From Erysipelothrix larvae (lineage in GTDB: Bacteria; Bacillota_I; Bacilli_A; Erysipelotrichales; Erysipelotrichaceae), in NCBI RefSeq assembly GCF_001545095.1, contig NZ_CP013213.1, forward strand, positions 1,560,001 through 1,592,000: a stretch of DNA of 32,000 nt, read 5' to 3'. The notes beneath the pieces are model-generated. The model saw only the letters and a list, made by a program, of their open reading frames with translations, had not been told where the DNA came from and did no database searches. Shown here piece by piece: positions 24,044 through 31,999 of this stretch (its first letter is position 1; the number at the start of each line of letters is the position of its first letter). The position numbers and the translations under genes were made by a program.

Positions 24044-24898
24044 TTATTTTTTTGACTCATCGTGTGAACCCTTTAGTTTCATGACTTGATGTAGGTGAAT
24101 GGTTAGGTACATTTTTTCATCGGCATTGAGACTATAATTGTATTCCTTCTCACAATACTTGGCAATTGTATCAACACATCGATTGAACTTGAGAATACTT
24201 GCGCGAATTTGTTTGATAAAACTATCGCTTGTCTCAAGGGTTTGAGGTGTATTACTATGAAAAATATTATGGGCAAGATATTTTAAATGGGTAATTAAAC
24301 GTCGATGACTCAGACTGTTTGTTTCAATGGTGACATTTAACTCTGAAGCGATGATTGTCATCACATCGTTTAAAAATTTGACGGATTTATTCGCATAATA
24401 TTTCTCGCTGGATGACGATGCGTTTACGATATGAATTGTGAAATAGGTTGCCTCTTCTTCTGGAAGTCGAATGCCAATTTTTCGTTCGATATAATCAAGC
24501 GCCCACAGTCCAATTTCATATGCTTCAGGGAAAAATAACTGCATATCATTTGATATACTTGGCATTGTGATTCCTTGATGTACCCGCTCAATCGCATAGG
24601 CAATGTGATCGGTAAGACTGATATTAATTTTGTCATCGATTGTTTCATTAAGTTGTGTTGCGGCGTATTCTGCAATATCACGGGTTATTTCAAAATACAG
24701 TACAGGATACTGTTCAAGCATTTTTTCAAATGCAGCCATGTTGTCATCAAAAATCACAAATGACTTCTCAATCTTTTGAGCATCAATTGTCTCTCCTGCC
24801 TTCATATGAAAGCCAACACCAGGTCCAGTTACAATGGTTTCTTTCCCATCCATCACAGTTTGGACACAATTGTTGTTGAAGATTTTACGAATTATCAT
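24044..24898 (-). CDS. BglG/LicT/GlcT-family PRD-containing transcription antiterminator
   Basis: N-terminal CAT RNA-binding domain 'MIIRKIFNNNCVQTVMDGKETIVTGPGVGF', followed by two PRD modules with conserved His contexts (LTDHIAYAIER, HIVNA, LITHLKYLAHN, LTIHL). Start at ATG 24898 after GGGAGGGG. Confidence 0.9.
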   Translation of the reverse strand: MIIRKIFNNNCVQTVMDGKETIVTGPGVGFHMKAGETIDAQKIEKSFVIFDDNMAAFEKMLEQYPVLYFEITRDIAEYAATQLNETIDDKINISLTDHIAYAIERVHQGITMPSISNDMQLFFPEAYEIGLWALDYIERKIGIRLPEEEATYFTIHIVNASSSSEKYYANKSVKFLNDVMTIIASELNVTIETNSLSHRRLITHLKYLAHNIFHSNTPQTLETSDSFIKQIRASILKFNRCVDTIAKYCEKEYNYSLNADEKMYLTIHLHQVMKLKGSHDESKK

Positions 24899-25048
24899 CG
24901 AACCCCTCCCCCAATAATACACGTCTATTTTAATCGATTTATATGCTTTACTTATTCAATTTATTATATCGTAGAAATCGTTGATTTCATAGGATGCAAA
25001 TTTTTATTATAATCAAATTCACTGCATTTGTATGGGTATAAAATAAAC

Positions 25049-25087
25049 AACATGCAAGCAATCTATCCGATAGACCCCTTGCATGTT
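25049..25087 (-). terminator. Terminator between the PTS EIICB gene and the antiterminator gene
   Basis: AACATGCAAG-(19 nt)-CTTGCATGTT, a perfect 10-bp stem 16 nt after the EIICB stop, with a U-rich tail on the minus strand. Confidence 0.65.
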
Positions 25088-25102
25088 ATTCCATCATTTA
25101 TC

Positions 25103-26548
25103 TTATTTTAAGAGCTTGATAAACTCATCTGAAACAAATTGAACGTAGGGTCCGATGATGACTTGGACACTTGTTTTTCCTGGCTTCACGATGCCAGAAA
25201 TTCCTGCTTCTTTGATCCGTTTGTCATTCACAATTGATTGATCTTTTACTTCCAATCTTAATCGTGTTGCGCAATAATCTGTTGAAGTGATGTTTGATGG
25301 ACCTCCCAATCCATCAAGGATAATTTGTGCAACTTTTTTATAATCGTCTTTTCCATTTGACTGGGTATCTAAGATCGCATCCAGATCATCTTCATTCACT
25401 TCACGACCTGGAGTCATAATATTGAACTTCACAATCACAAATCTAAACACGACATAGTAGAGTGCAAAGAACACAATTCCTTGTATCATAAGCATAAAGG
25501 GTTGATTTGCAATTGGCACCTTTAGACTCAAGATAAAGTCAATAAATCCGGCACTGAATCCAAACCCTGCTGTCCAATGAAACGTTGCAGATACAAACAA
25601 TGATAGACCCGTTAAGAGTGCATGTAAGAGGTATAATAAAGGTGCAGCAAACATAAATGAAAACTCAAGAGGTTCTGTTACACCGGTAAAAAATGAAGCA
25701 AAGCCGGCTGCAAGCATTAACGAACCAATTTGTTTCTTGTTTTCTTCACGTGCTGATTGGTAAATCGCAATCGCAGCACCTAATAGACCAAACATCATAA
25801 TTGGGAAGAATCCCGCTTGATACATCCCTGTTACACCTTTAATGCCTTCATTTCCCCAAAAGTTACCAATATCATTAATACCAATGAGATCTTGCCAAAA
25901 CACTGCATTGAGTGCATGGTGTAATCCGGTTGGAATTAAAAGTCGATTGAATAGTCCAAAGAGTCCTGCCCCTACAGCACCCAGTCCACTCATCCATGTT
26001 CCTAATGCGACTAATGCATCATAAATTGCTGGCCACGCATACAATAGAATAAATGACACAACAATCATCACAACGGATGTCACAATTGGTGCGGATCGTT
26101 TACCACTGAAAAAAGCAAGTGCATCGGGTAATTTAGTTTGTGAGAATCGATTATAAACAAGTGCTCCAATAACTCCGGATAGAATTCCGATAAATGCATT
26201 GTTTATTTTCGCAAATCCATCGCTTATTGCATCTACAGGGGTTCCTGTAATCATGGACACGACTTCCGTGCTGAGCAAGGTTGTCACCATCAAAAAGGCA
26301 ACCAGTCCACTGAGGGCTGCTGCACCATCATTATCTTTTGATAATCCATAGGCAACCCCCACTGCAAAAATAATGGGAACACTGTCAATGATTGCACTTC
26401 CTGATTTTATTAGAAATGCAGCCAATTGACTGTCTCCACCCCACCCCACTGGGTCAATCCAATAGCCAATTCCCATTAAGACTGCTGCCGCAGGGAGTAC
26501 TGATACGGGAAGCATCAAGGCTTTCCCGAGTTTTTGTAAAAATTTCAT
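25103..26548 (-). CDS. PTS glucose/GlcNAc-family transporter, fused EIIC-EIIB (no EIIA domain)
   Basis: About 10 TM helices with the EIIC-Glc motifs ('GITEPLEF'-like 'GVTEPLEFSFMFAAPLLY'). C-terminal EIIB has the phospho-Cys context 'ITSTDYCATRLRLEV'. AAGGAGGAG RBS. Confidence 0.9.
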   Translation of the reverse strand: MKFLQKLGKALMLPVSVLPAAAVLMGIGYWIDPVGWGGDSQLAAFLIKSGSAIIDSVPIIFAVGVAYGLSKDNDGAAALSGLVAFLMVTTLLSTEVVSMITGTPVDAISDGFAKINNAFIGILSGVIGALVYNRFSQTKLPDALAFFSGKRSAPIVTSVVMIVVSFILLYAWPAIYDALVALGTWMSGLGAVGAGLFGLFNRLLIPTGLHHALNAVFWQDLIGINDIGNFWGNEGIKGVTGMYQAGFFPIMMFGLLGAAIAIYQSAREENKKQIGSLMLAAGFASFFTGVTEPLEFSFMFAAPLLYLLHALLTGLSLFVSATFHWTAGFGFSAGFIDFILSLKVPIANQPFMLMIQGIVFFALYYVVFRFVIVKFNIMTPGREVNEDDLDAILDTQSNGKDDYKKVAQIILDGLGGPSNITSTDYCATRLRLEVKDQSIVNDKRIKEAGISGIVKPGKTSVQVIIGPYVQFVSDEFIKLLK

Positions 26549-26578
26549 AAGTCTCCTCCTTCTTCTTGGATAGGCATG

Positions 26579-26601
26579 AAAAAAAAGGCAAGTTCTACAA
26601 A
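26579..26601 (-). terminator. Orphaned 3' arm and U-tract of the RAT-controlled leader terminator (partner arm at 29156-29170)
   Basis: The minus strand reads TTTGTAGAACTTGCC followed by 8 U, ending 30 nt before the EIICB ATG. It is complementary at 13/15 positions to GGCAAGACCTACAAA, which lies next to the RAT on the other side of the IS. Confidence 0.65.
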
Positions 26602-26618
26602 CAAAACAGCATCACTGT

Positions 26619-26626
26619 ACTATTTG
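26619..26626. repeat. Target-site duplication ACTATTTG (left copy)
   Basis: Identical 8-mer at 29152-29159, directly abutting both IS ends. 8 bp is the usual ISL3-family duplication length. Confidence 0.7.
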
Positions 26627-26648
26627 GGATATTAAACTTTACTTGGGG
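26627..26648. repeat. IS left terminal inverted repeat GGATATTAAACTTTACTTGGGG
   Basis: Compared base by base with the reverse complement of 29130-29151. Confidence 0.6.
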
Positions 26649-26758
26649 TTTTCACTCGCAACACTATTTCTTGGGGTGAGGTAATCTTGCTCTAGCCTCT
26701 GTCTTTAAAGAAGTTTGGGGATTTCTGTTGTAAACTGATTATCTTAGACCAGCAGAAT

Positions 26759-26813
26759 AAAAAATCACTTTACTTTATGCACAATTAAGTGCTGTATTAA
26801 AGTGATTTTTTTT
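26759..26813. terminator. Strong bidirectional terminator-like hairpin inside the IS left arm
   Basis: AAAAAATCACTTTA ... TAAAGTGATTTTTT (up to 14 bp) with an inner GCAC-AATTAA-GTGC stem. A-run on the 5' side and T-run on the 3' side. Confidence 0.6.
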
Positions 26814-26911
26814 GTATTATTAGTTTAACGAGGTTAATAAAATGGTAGAAACCCCAAGTTTCCAGACCTAAGTTTCTACCAATCCAATACCTCCTATAAA
26901 GGAGTAAGAAT

Positions 26912-27382
26912 ATGATAACAGTTTTCTCAAACACATTCAATAATAAACAGTTTTCTCAAAAGGAATATTACAAATTTCTCAATTCAATTAATCCAAAAAC
27001 AATACCTTGTCCGTGCTGTTCAAAAACAGATACACTGATTCGTTATGGATACTATCCGAAAACCATAATTACTGGGCGATTAACCATTGTCGTAGAAATC
27101 GCACGTTTCTTTTGTAATCAATGTAAGAGAACTCATGCAATAATACCAAGTAACTTACTTCCCTATTTTCAACTGTCTGTACCCACAATTGAAATAATAT
27201 TAACCCATGAACTTGATAGCACGCTTTTAACTGATATTGATGAATCAACATATATTCGGATAAAAATACGTTTTAACGATTATGAATCGGTGAGACATTT
27301 AAGTTATTTGGAACGATTGAATTACTTCATATTATCCACAAAACGGAATATCTATCATTCCGCCATTACTTCACCAACATGA
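26912..27382 (+). CDS. Zinc-ribbon protein, DUF6431-like (IS accessory ORF)
   Basis: 'CPCCSKTDTLIRYGYYPKTI...IVVEIARFFCNQCKRTHAIIPSNLLPYFQLS' has a CxxC...CxxC layout and an 'H-x-(I/L)-(I/L)-P...L-x-P-Y' tail, as I recall for DUF6431. AAGGAG RBS. The family name is from memory. Confidence 0.6.
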   Translation: MITVFSNTFNNKQFSQKEYYKFLNSINPKTIPCPCCSKTDTLIRYGYYPKTIITGRLTIVVEIARFFCNQCKRTHAIIPSNLLPYFQLSVPTIEIILTHELDSTLLTDIDESTYIRIKIRFNDYESVRHLSYLERLNYFILSTKRNIYHSAITSPT

Positions 27383-27515
27383 GAAAAATAGTTTTAACTC
27401 CTCAGATTGAATATAATGAAGATGGTTATTTAAATAACAGACAATCATTTTTATATTTAGGAGCAAGATACATAATGAAACCTTATCAAAATAGTCAAAG
27501 AGAGGCAGGGTTTCT

Positions 27516-28991
27516 ATGAACGCTAATGCCACTCTTTTAAGTAACGAAAAAATTCTTGAATTATTTAACTTAGAACACCATCAAGTCCAGAAGATTGATA
27601 TCAAAGGTCAAAGTGACGCATTGAATGTGTACATTACGCTTCAGGTAGAGGAACAAACATGCCCAATTTGTGAAAGCAAAACATCCACAATCAAAGATTA
27701 TTCTGAAAAGAAGCTTCTCCACTCACTGGTAACACATATACCCTGTTACATTCGTTACCGTGCACGACGTTATAAATGCACAACGTGTAATAAATGCTTT
27801 TTTGAACACAATCCATTTGCGTATCGAAATATGAAGATTACTCAGCTGACCGTATATAATGTCCTGAATGATCTTAAATCGCCACATGAAACGTTTACCA
27901 CAGTTGCCAATAGATATCGGTTATCTCCCACTACAGTATCATCTATTTTCGATTCCCACGTTTCTGTCTCCAGACAAAAACTACCCGCTTATCTGCTTAT
28001 TGATGAATGTTATGCGTACCACAGTGATCGCAGTGATTATGTATGCGTTCTTATTGATGCAATGACAAAGAATATCGTAGATATATTACCGTCCCGTAAG
28101 AAACAAGACTTAGTCGCGTATTTTAGCCAAATCCCCCTTGAAGAACGCAAAGGAGTCTTAGGTATTGGAATCGACATGTGGTATAGCTATAGAGTCGTCG
28201 CAAAACAATTCCTTCCAAACGCGTTTATCAGTGTTGATCGTTTTCATGTTTATAGTGATTTAATGAAACGTATCGACTCTATTAGGGTAGACACTATGAA
28301 GAAACTAAAACCTCCTAAGAACTGGAAGCAAACAGAAGATAAAGTCAAAAGACAAGAATATTATAAGCGTGACCAGCAATACTATCTGCTTAAAAAGTTC
28401 AACTGGTTACTCTATAAAAACCCCAAAGCAACAACCACAGTTAAAGATAAGAAATACAATATATTTGATCCAAATGTACCGAAACAACGCAATAAGAAAT
28501 TGGGAAAGTTTCTAAACCTTTACGACATAATAGACCTAATTCTTCAAACGAGCAATGGCCTTGAAGATGCATATAACATGAAGTTCTTACTCGATCAATT
28601 CTTCAATGAATCAAAAGCTGAGAATGCACACGAGAATCTGAACACACTCATCAGAGTGATGGCTCAGAGTAGAGTTGCATCAATCGTTGATTTTAGCCGA
28701 ACTTTAGGAAAGTGGAAAAATGAAATTGTCGCAACTTTCAATAAAGTAGAAAAATGCACAAAGGTCACAAATAAGAAAACAGGAGAAACCCATTATGAAG
28801 TTTCCATAACACACATAAACAGTGCGTTGATTGAGAATCGAAATCGCATAATCAAGCAAATAAAAAACAATGCAAGTGGCTATCGTAATTGGGAGCGGTT
28901 TAGGAATCGTGTGTTGTATGTGCTTAATGAAGACGCAACATATCGAATTAACCCAATAATTAAAACAACCTATGACAAAGGACTCTCTTAA
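27516..28991 (+). CDS. ISL3-family transposase
   Basis: N-terminal zinc finger 'CPICES...YKCTTCNKCF', an HTH region, a 'LLIDECY' DDE block ('IGIDMWYSY', 'VDRFHV'), and the C-terminal 'NSALIENRNRIIKQIKNNASGYRNWERFRNRVLY' motif typical of DDE_Tnp_ISL3. Confidence 0.85.
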   Translation: MNANATLLSNEKILELFNLEHHQVQKIDIKGQSDALNVYITLQVEEQTCPICESKTSTIKDYSEKKLLHSLVTHIPCYIRYRARRYKCTTCNKCFFEHNPFAYRNMKITQLTVYNVLNDLKSPHETFTTVANRYRLSPTTVSSIFDSHVSVSRQKLPAYLLIDECYAYHSDRSDYVCVLIDAMTKNIVDILPSRKKQDLVAYFSQIPLEERKGVLGIGIDMWYSYRVVAKQFLPNAFISVDRFHVYSDLMKRIDSIRVDTMKKLKPPKNWKQTEDKVKRQEYYKRDQQYYLLKKFNWLLYKNPKATTTVKDKKYNIFDPNVPKQRNKKLGKFLNLYDIIDLILQTSNGLEDAYNMKFLLDQFFNESKAENAHENLNTLIRVMAQSRVASIVDFSRTLGKWKNEIVATFNKVEKCTKVTNKKTGETHYEVSITHINSALIENRNRIIKQIKNNASGYRNWERFRNRVLYVLNEDATYRINPIIKTTYDKGLS

Positions 28992-29129
28992 GAAATGACT
29001 CATTATTGATATACTATAACAAAAAGAGGGAAGCTATAGTCATGTGCGACTACGCTTCCCTTTGGTCTTTAACAAACTTGTTTGGGGTAACTTACTCCCC
29101 AAGTTATTTTATATCATTTTCTGAATTAT

Positions 29130-29151
29130 CCCCAAGTTATTTCAGACCGCC
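29130..29151. repeat. IS right terminal inverted repeat (reverse complement GGCGGTCTGAAATAACTTGGGG)
   Basis: See the left inverted repeat. Additional subterminal CCCCAA/TTGGGG copies at 29082-29087 and 29097-29102. Confidence 0.6.
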
Positions 29152-29159
29152 ACTATTTG
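29152..29159. repeat. Target-site duplication ACTATTTG (right copy)
   Basis: Identical to 26619-26626. Confidence 0.7.
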
Positions 29160-29188
29160 TAGGTCTTGCCTTTATAAGTCACAATCCC
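29156..29188 (-). promoter_or_regulatory. RAT (ribonucleic antiterminator) element plus the 5' arm of its terminator
   Basis: The minus strand reads GGGATTGTGACTTATAAAGGCAAGACCTACAAA. As I recall them, the B. subtilis sacPA/sacB RATs are GGATTGTGACTGGTAAAGCAGGCAAGACC and GGTTTGTTACTGATAAAGCAGGCAAGACC. The 3' part, GGCAAGACCTACAAA, pairs with 26587-26601. Confidence 0.7.
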
Positions 29189-29198
29189 ATCTACGTGA

Positions 29199-29227
29199 AG
29201 AATAACACATCATGAAAGGGCTGTCAA
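29199..29227 (-). promoter_or_regulatory. Sigma-A-type promoter preceding the RAT (-35 TTGACA, 17-nt spacer, extended -10 TGTTATTCT)
   Basis: -35 is the complement of 29222-29227 and -10 is the complement of 29199-29204. The RAT begins about 10 nt downstream of the -10. Confidence 0.6.
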
Positions 29228-29278
29228 TCTATGAAAAAATGTTATACCTAACGATATTTCACGATGGGTTTCTTTACT

Positions 29279-30388
29279 TCATGACGATGAATTGTTTCGT
29301 GAAAACAGTGTATCCCAGTTGGTTGCCACTGTTTCCAATGTAAAGTGTTCAACACGTTTTGATGCAAGGATTGCCAATTCGCTTCGATACACCTTATCTT
29401 CTATGAGTGTATTAATTCGATGTGCTAACGCGTGTTTATCATACTTCTTTACCAGTAACTGTTGCTCTAAATCTTCACCAAGCACTTCTTTAAGTGCGTC
29501 TATGTCAAAACCCACTAAGGGAAGTGCAAAACTCATTGCTTCCAATGATACCATGGGCATCCCTTCCCAACGTGATGGTAAGACAAATATTGATGCGGCT
29601 TCATAATACGGTCTGACATTATCCGTCGCACCATGAATCACAATATTGTTCTCAAGATTCATGAGGGATACTTGTGTTTTTAGTGCTTCTAAATCAGGTC
29701 CGTCACCGACAAGATGCCAGGTCCAATCGGGGTGCTTGTTGAATACATTGGGTAATGTTTCCAAGAAAAGATCAAGGCCTTTGTGTTTAAAAACAACGCG
29801 ACACACAGTCAATAACTGTTTTGAATCGGGGTTATATTGAGGCTCAATGATATCAAATGTAATTGGATTTACAATGCATGTTGTGTTTAAGTTAAAGTGC
29901 GCATCAAATTTCTCTTTGTCTTTGTTGGTTAAGACTACAACAAAATCATACATCGCCATTGCCTGTATAAATGGAGTGTCCAAATGCCACAAATACTCCC
30001 CTTCAGTTTTAAAGTATGCGTCAAAGGAGTTATGCATCCATGCACATTTTACACCTTTAAACTCAGTAAGTGCTGAAGATAAGGCAATAGCATACTTCCC
30101 TTCTACTCCAATAATGATATCAAAGTCATGTGCATCAATAAATTGCTTTAGTTTTCTATTTGAATGTTTTTCTAATGAAAATGACTCATCATGGATAAAG
30201 AGTTCTGGATCGTGAAGTGTATGGATTTGATCACTGAGTGTATAAACTAAATCCTTTGGCTCATAATCAGGATTTGTAGAGATGATTGTGATATCGTGTT
30301 CTTTCGACCAATGGTTAGCCATAAAAGTTGTGACTCGGGCAACCCCTCCTATTTTATAGATGGTATTTGTATACAAGCAAATTCTCAT
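29279..30388 (-). CDS. GT4-family (GT-B fold) glycosyltransferase
   Basis: 369 aa. C-terminal 'FVLPSRWEGMPMVSLEAMSFALPLVGFD' resembles the E-x7-E retaining-GT4 signature. N-terminal 'ICLYTNTIYKIGGVARV'. Confidence 0.85.
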   Translation of the reverse strand: MRICLYTNTIYKIGGVARVTTFMANHWSKEHDITIISTNPDYEPKDLVYTLSDQIHTLHDPELFIHDESFSLEKHSNRKLKQFIDAHDFDIIIGVEGKYAIALSSALTEFKGVKCAWMHNSFDAYFKTEGEYLWHLDTPFIQAMAMYDFVVVLTNKDKEKFDAHFNLNTTCIVNPITFDIIEPQYNPDSKQLLTVCRVVFKHKGLDLFLETLPNVFNKHPDWTWHLVGDGPDLEALKTQVSLMNLENNIVIHGATDNVRPYYEAASIFVLPSRWEGMPMVSLEAMSFALPLVGFDIDALKEVLGEDLEQQLLVKKYDKHALAHRINTLIEDKVYRSELAILASKRVEHFTLETVATNWDTLFSRNNSSS

Positions 30389-30434
30389 GATTCTTCCCCC
30401 TTTTTTATATTGTATCTTAAAGTAATTGCTTCAT

Positions 30435-30905
30435 TCAATCAGAGGCAAGCGATTCAAGCATATGGATATTAATTTTAGTCATTGACATGAGGGCTTTGAT
30501 TTGCGCTTCATTTTGCGTTAACGCATTCAAGTTTTCTGGCACAATTTGCCATGACAGCCCAAATCGATCTTTCACCCAACCACATTGTTCAAATTGTGGA
30601 TCATCGGATAATTGGTCCCAATAGGTATCAATCTCTTCTTGATTTTTACAATTTATCGTAAATGAAATCGCCTCATTGAATCGAAAGGTTGGTCCTCCAT
30701 CCAATGCAATAAATTTCTGGTTATTGAGTTCAAATTCTGCTGTAAGAACCTTACCGCTCATACCTTTGAAATGCTCATTTAGCGCTTCATCTGGATAATA
30801 GGTAATCTGTGTAATCTTTGAATTTGGAAATATTTTAACATACTCATGGATTGCTTCATCACAGTTATTATCCGCAAACCATAGACAAGGTACAATTTCT
30901 AACAT
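30435..30905 (-). CDS. VOC-superfamily protein (PhnB / 3-demethylubiquinone-9 3-methyltransferase-like domain)
   Basis: 'VPCLWF...AEEAI..Y..IF' type N-terminus (here 'IVPCLWFADNNCDEAIHEYVKIFPNS'). 'DRFGLSWQIVP' near the C-terminus is typical of this family. Confidence 0.7.
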   Translation of the reverse strand: MLEIVPCLWFADNNCDEAIHEYVKIFPNSKITQITYYPDEALNEHFKGMSGKVLTAEFELNNQKFIALDGGPTFRFNEAISFTINCKNQEEIDTYWDQLSDDPQFEQCGWVKDRFGLSWQIVPENLNALTQNEAQIKALMSMTKINIHMLESLASD

Positions 30906-31091
30906 TTTGATTCTCCTTTATTGTTAGTTTGATTGTACCACGCGTCCTTCATGACAGCTGTTATAACGCTTTAAATTGTATTTTTGACCTTATTATTTCT
31001 TAAATAAAACCATATTTCTTAGTCTACAAGAAAAAAAGTACACATTCAAAAGTAATGGGTTTTGGTGTATAATACTATATAGAGGATTATT

Positions 31092-31811
31092 ATGGGCACA
31101 AAAAATAAAACAATCAAAATTTTAATATCAATCTTTGCAGTGACCACCGTTACCTTTATTGCGGTGTTTTATGTGTATGTTTCAGATTATTATCGTGTTG
31201 ATAGTTCTGCGATTGTATCGGTTACAAACAGTAAATACATTACGCGTGATGGATCAATTACATCACTTGAAACATCACCACCCAGTACGATCGGGTTTAT
31301 CTTTTATCCTGGTGGAAAAGTTGAGTCGGATGCCTATTTACCCTTATTAAACCTTGTTCGAAACAAAGGCGTTAAACCCTTCCTTGTGAACATGCCATTT
31401 AACTTAGCAGTTTTAAACTCTAATGCTGCAACGAAAGTCATTGATAGCAATCCACAAATTACGACTTGGTATATCGGTGGACACTCATTGGGTGGCGCGA
31501 TGGCGAGTCATTATTTCTCCTCACATACCGATAACATCGATGGACTTATTCTATTGGGTTCATACACCTATGGAGATGTTCCACTCGATCGAACACTCAT
31601 TATCTATGGCTCAGAAGACATGATTCTTGATACCTCACAAATCACACAGTCTGAAAATGTAACCATCATTGAAGGCGGAAACCATGCTCAGTTTGGAAAT
31701 TATGGCCCTCAAAGTGGTGATGGCGTTCCAACAATCACTCCGATTGAACAACAAGTCATGACTACCGATATTATAATTGAATTTATATCAGAAGATACTC
31801 ACCCCAATTAA
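31092..31811 (+). CDS. Membrane-anchored alpha/beta hydrolase
   Basis: N-terminal TM helix. Nucleophile elbow 'GGHSLGG', then later 'GSEDMI' and 'GGNHAQFG', consistent with Ser-Asp-His. Confidence 0.75.
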   Translation: MGTKNKTIKILISIFAVTTVTFIAVFYVYVSDYYRVDSSAIVSVTNSKYITRDGSITSLETSPPSTIGFIFYPGGKVESDAYLPLLNLVRNKGVKPFLVNMPFNLAVLNSNAATKVIDSNPQITTWYIGGHSLGGAMASHYFSSHTDNIDGLILLGSYTYGDVPLDRTLIIYGSEDMILDTSQITQSENVTIIEGGNHAQFGNYGPQSGDGVPTITPIEQQVMTTDIIIEFISEDTHPN

Positions 31812-31824
31812 ACCTTGGGGTTTT
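31801..31824 (+). terminator. Terminator of the hydrolase gene
   Basis: ACCCCAA-TTAAACC-TTGGGGT followed by TTTT. The stop codon lies in the loop. Confidence 0.6.
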
Positions 31825-31825
31825 C

Positions 31826-31999
31826 TTATCCAAAGGTGATTAAGGTACCTGCACCTTCATGCAGTTTATGGAGTCCATCCAGTGATGTCAAAATTGCACT
31901 GGATTGTCGACAGGTTTCCACAAAACTGAGCGCTTGTTTTAAATAGATTCTGATTTCATGTGACTCAATGTCATGATTCGCTAAAAGGGTTCTCACTTT
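31826..31999 (-). CDS. 3' end (57 codons) of an unidentified CDS entering from beyond the window end
   Basis: Open frame on the minus strand: ...KVRTLLANHDIESHEIRIYLKQALSFVETCRQSSAILTSLDGLHKLHEGAGTLITFG*, with stop TAA as the complement of 31826-31828. Too short for the ORF track and no family is recognised. Confidence 0.35.
   Translation of the reverse strand, partial: KVRTLLANHDIESHEIRIYLKQALSFVETCRQSSAILTSLDGLHKLHEGAGTLITFG

Larger units (their letters stand above)
26627..29151 (+). mobile_element. ISL3-family insertion sequence (2525 bp) carrying a DUF6431-like zinc-ribbon ORF and the transposase
   Basis: Ends are delimited by the 8-bp direct repeat. The 22-nt imperfect terminal inverted repeats both start with GG and carry TTGGGG at positions 17-22 (13/22 identical). 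Contains an ISL3-type DDE transposase. Confidence 0.75.

Noticed and set aside
26568-26595. Plus-strand GGATAGGCATGAAAAAAAAGGCAAG, which superficially resembles RAT 3' halves (AGGCA...).
   Set aside because: It is on the wrong strand for the minus-strand PTS gene. The region is explained instead as the RBS spacer, the U-tract and the terminator 3' arm.
26663-26670. A third ACTATTT(C) copy inside the IS left arm that could shift the left IS boundary to about 26670.
   Set aside because: Only 7/8 positions match. With that boundary the two ends lose their symmetric GG...TTGGGG (positions 1-2 and 17-22) inverted-repeat structure, whereas the 26627 boundary gives a perfect 8-bp duplication.
26643-29135. 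Repeated TTGGGG/CCCCAA hexamers, considered as a possible CRISPR-like or telomere-like array.
   Set aside because: There are only seven short copies. They have irregular spacing and mixed orientation, and they are confined to the two ends of a transposase-bearing element. They are interpreted as IS terminal and subterminal sites.
29006-29215. 69-aa ORF spanning the IS right end, the target duplication and the RAT.
   Set aside because: It crosses the IS boundary and the regulatory RNA element and has no RBS. The region is better explained by inverted repeat, duplication, RAT and promoter.
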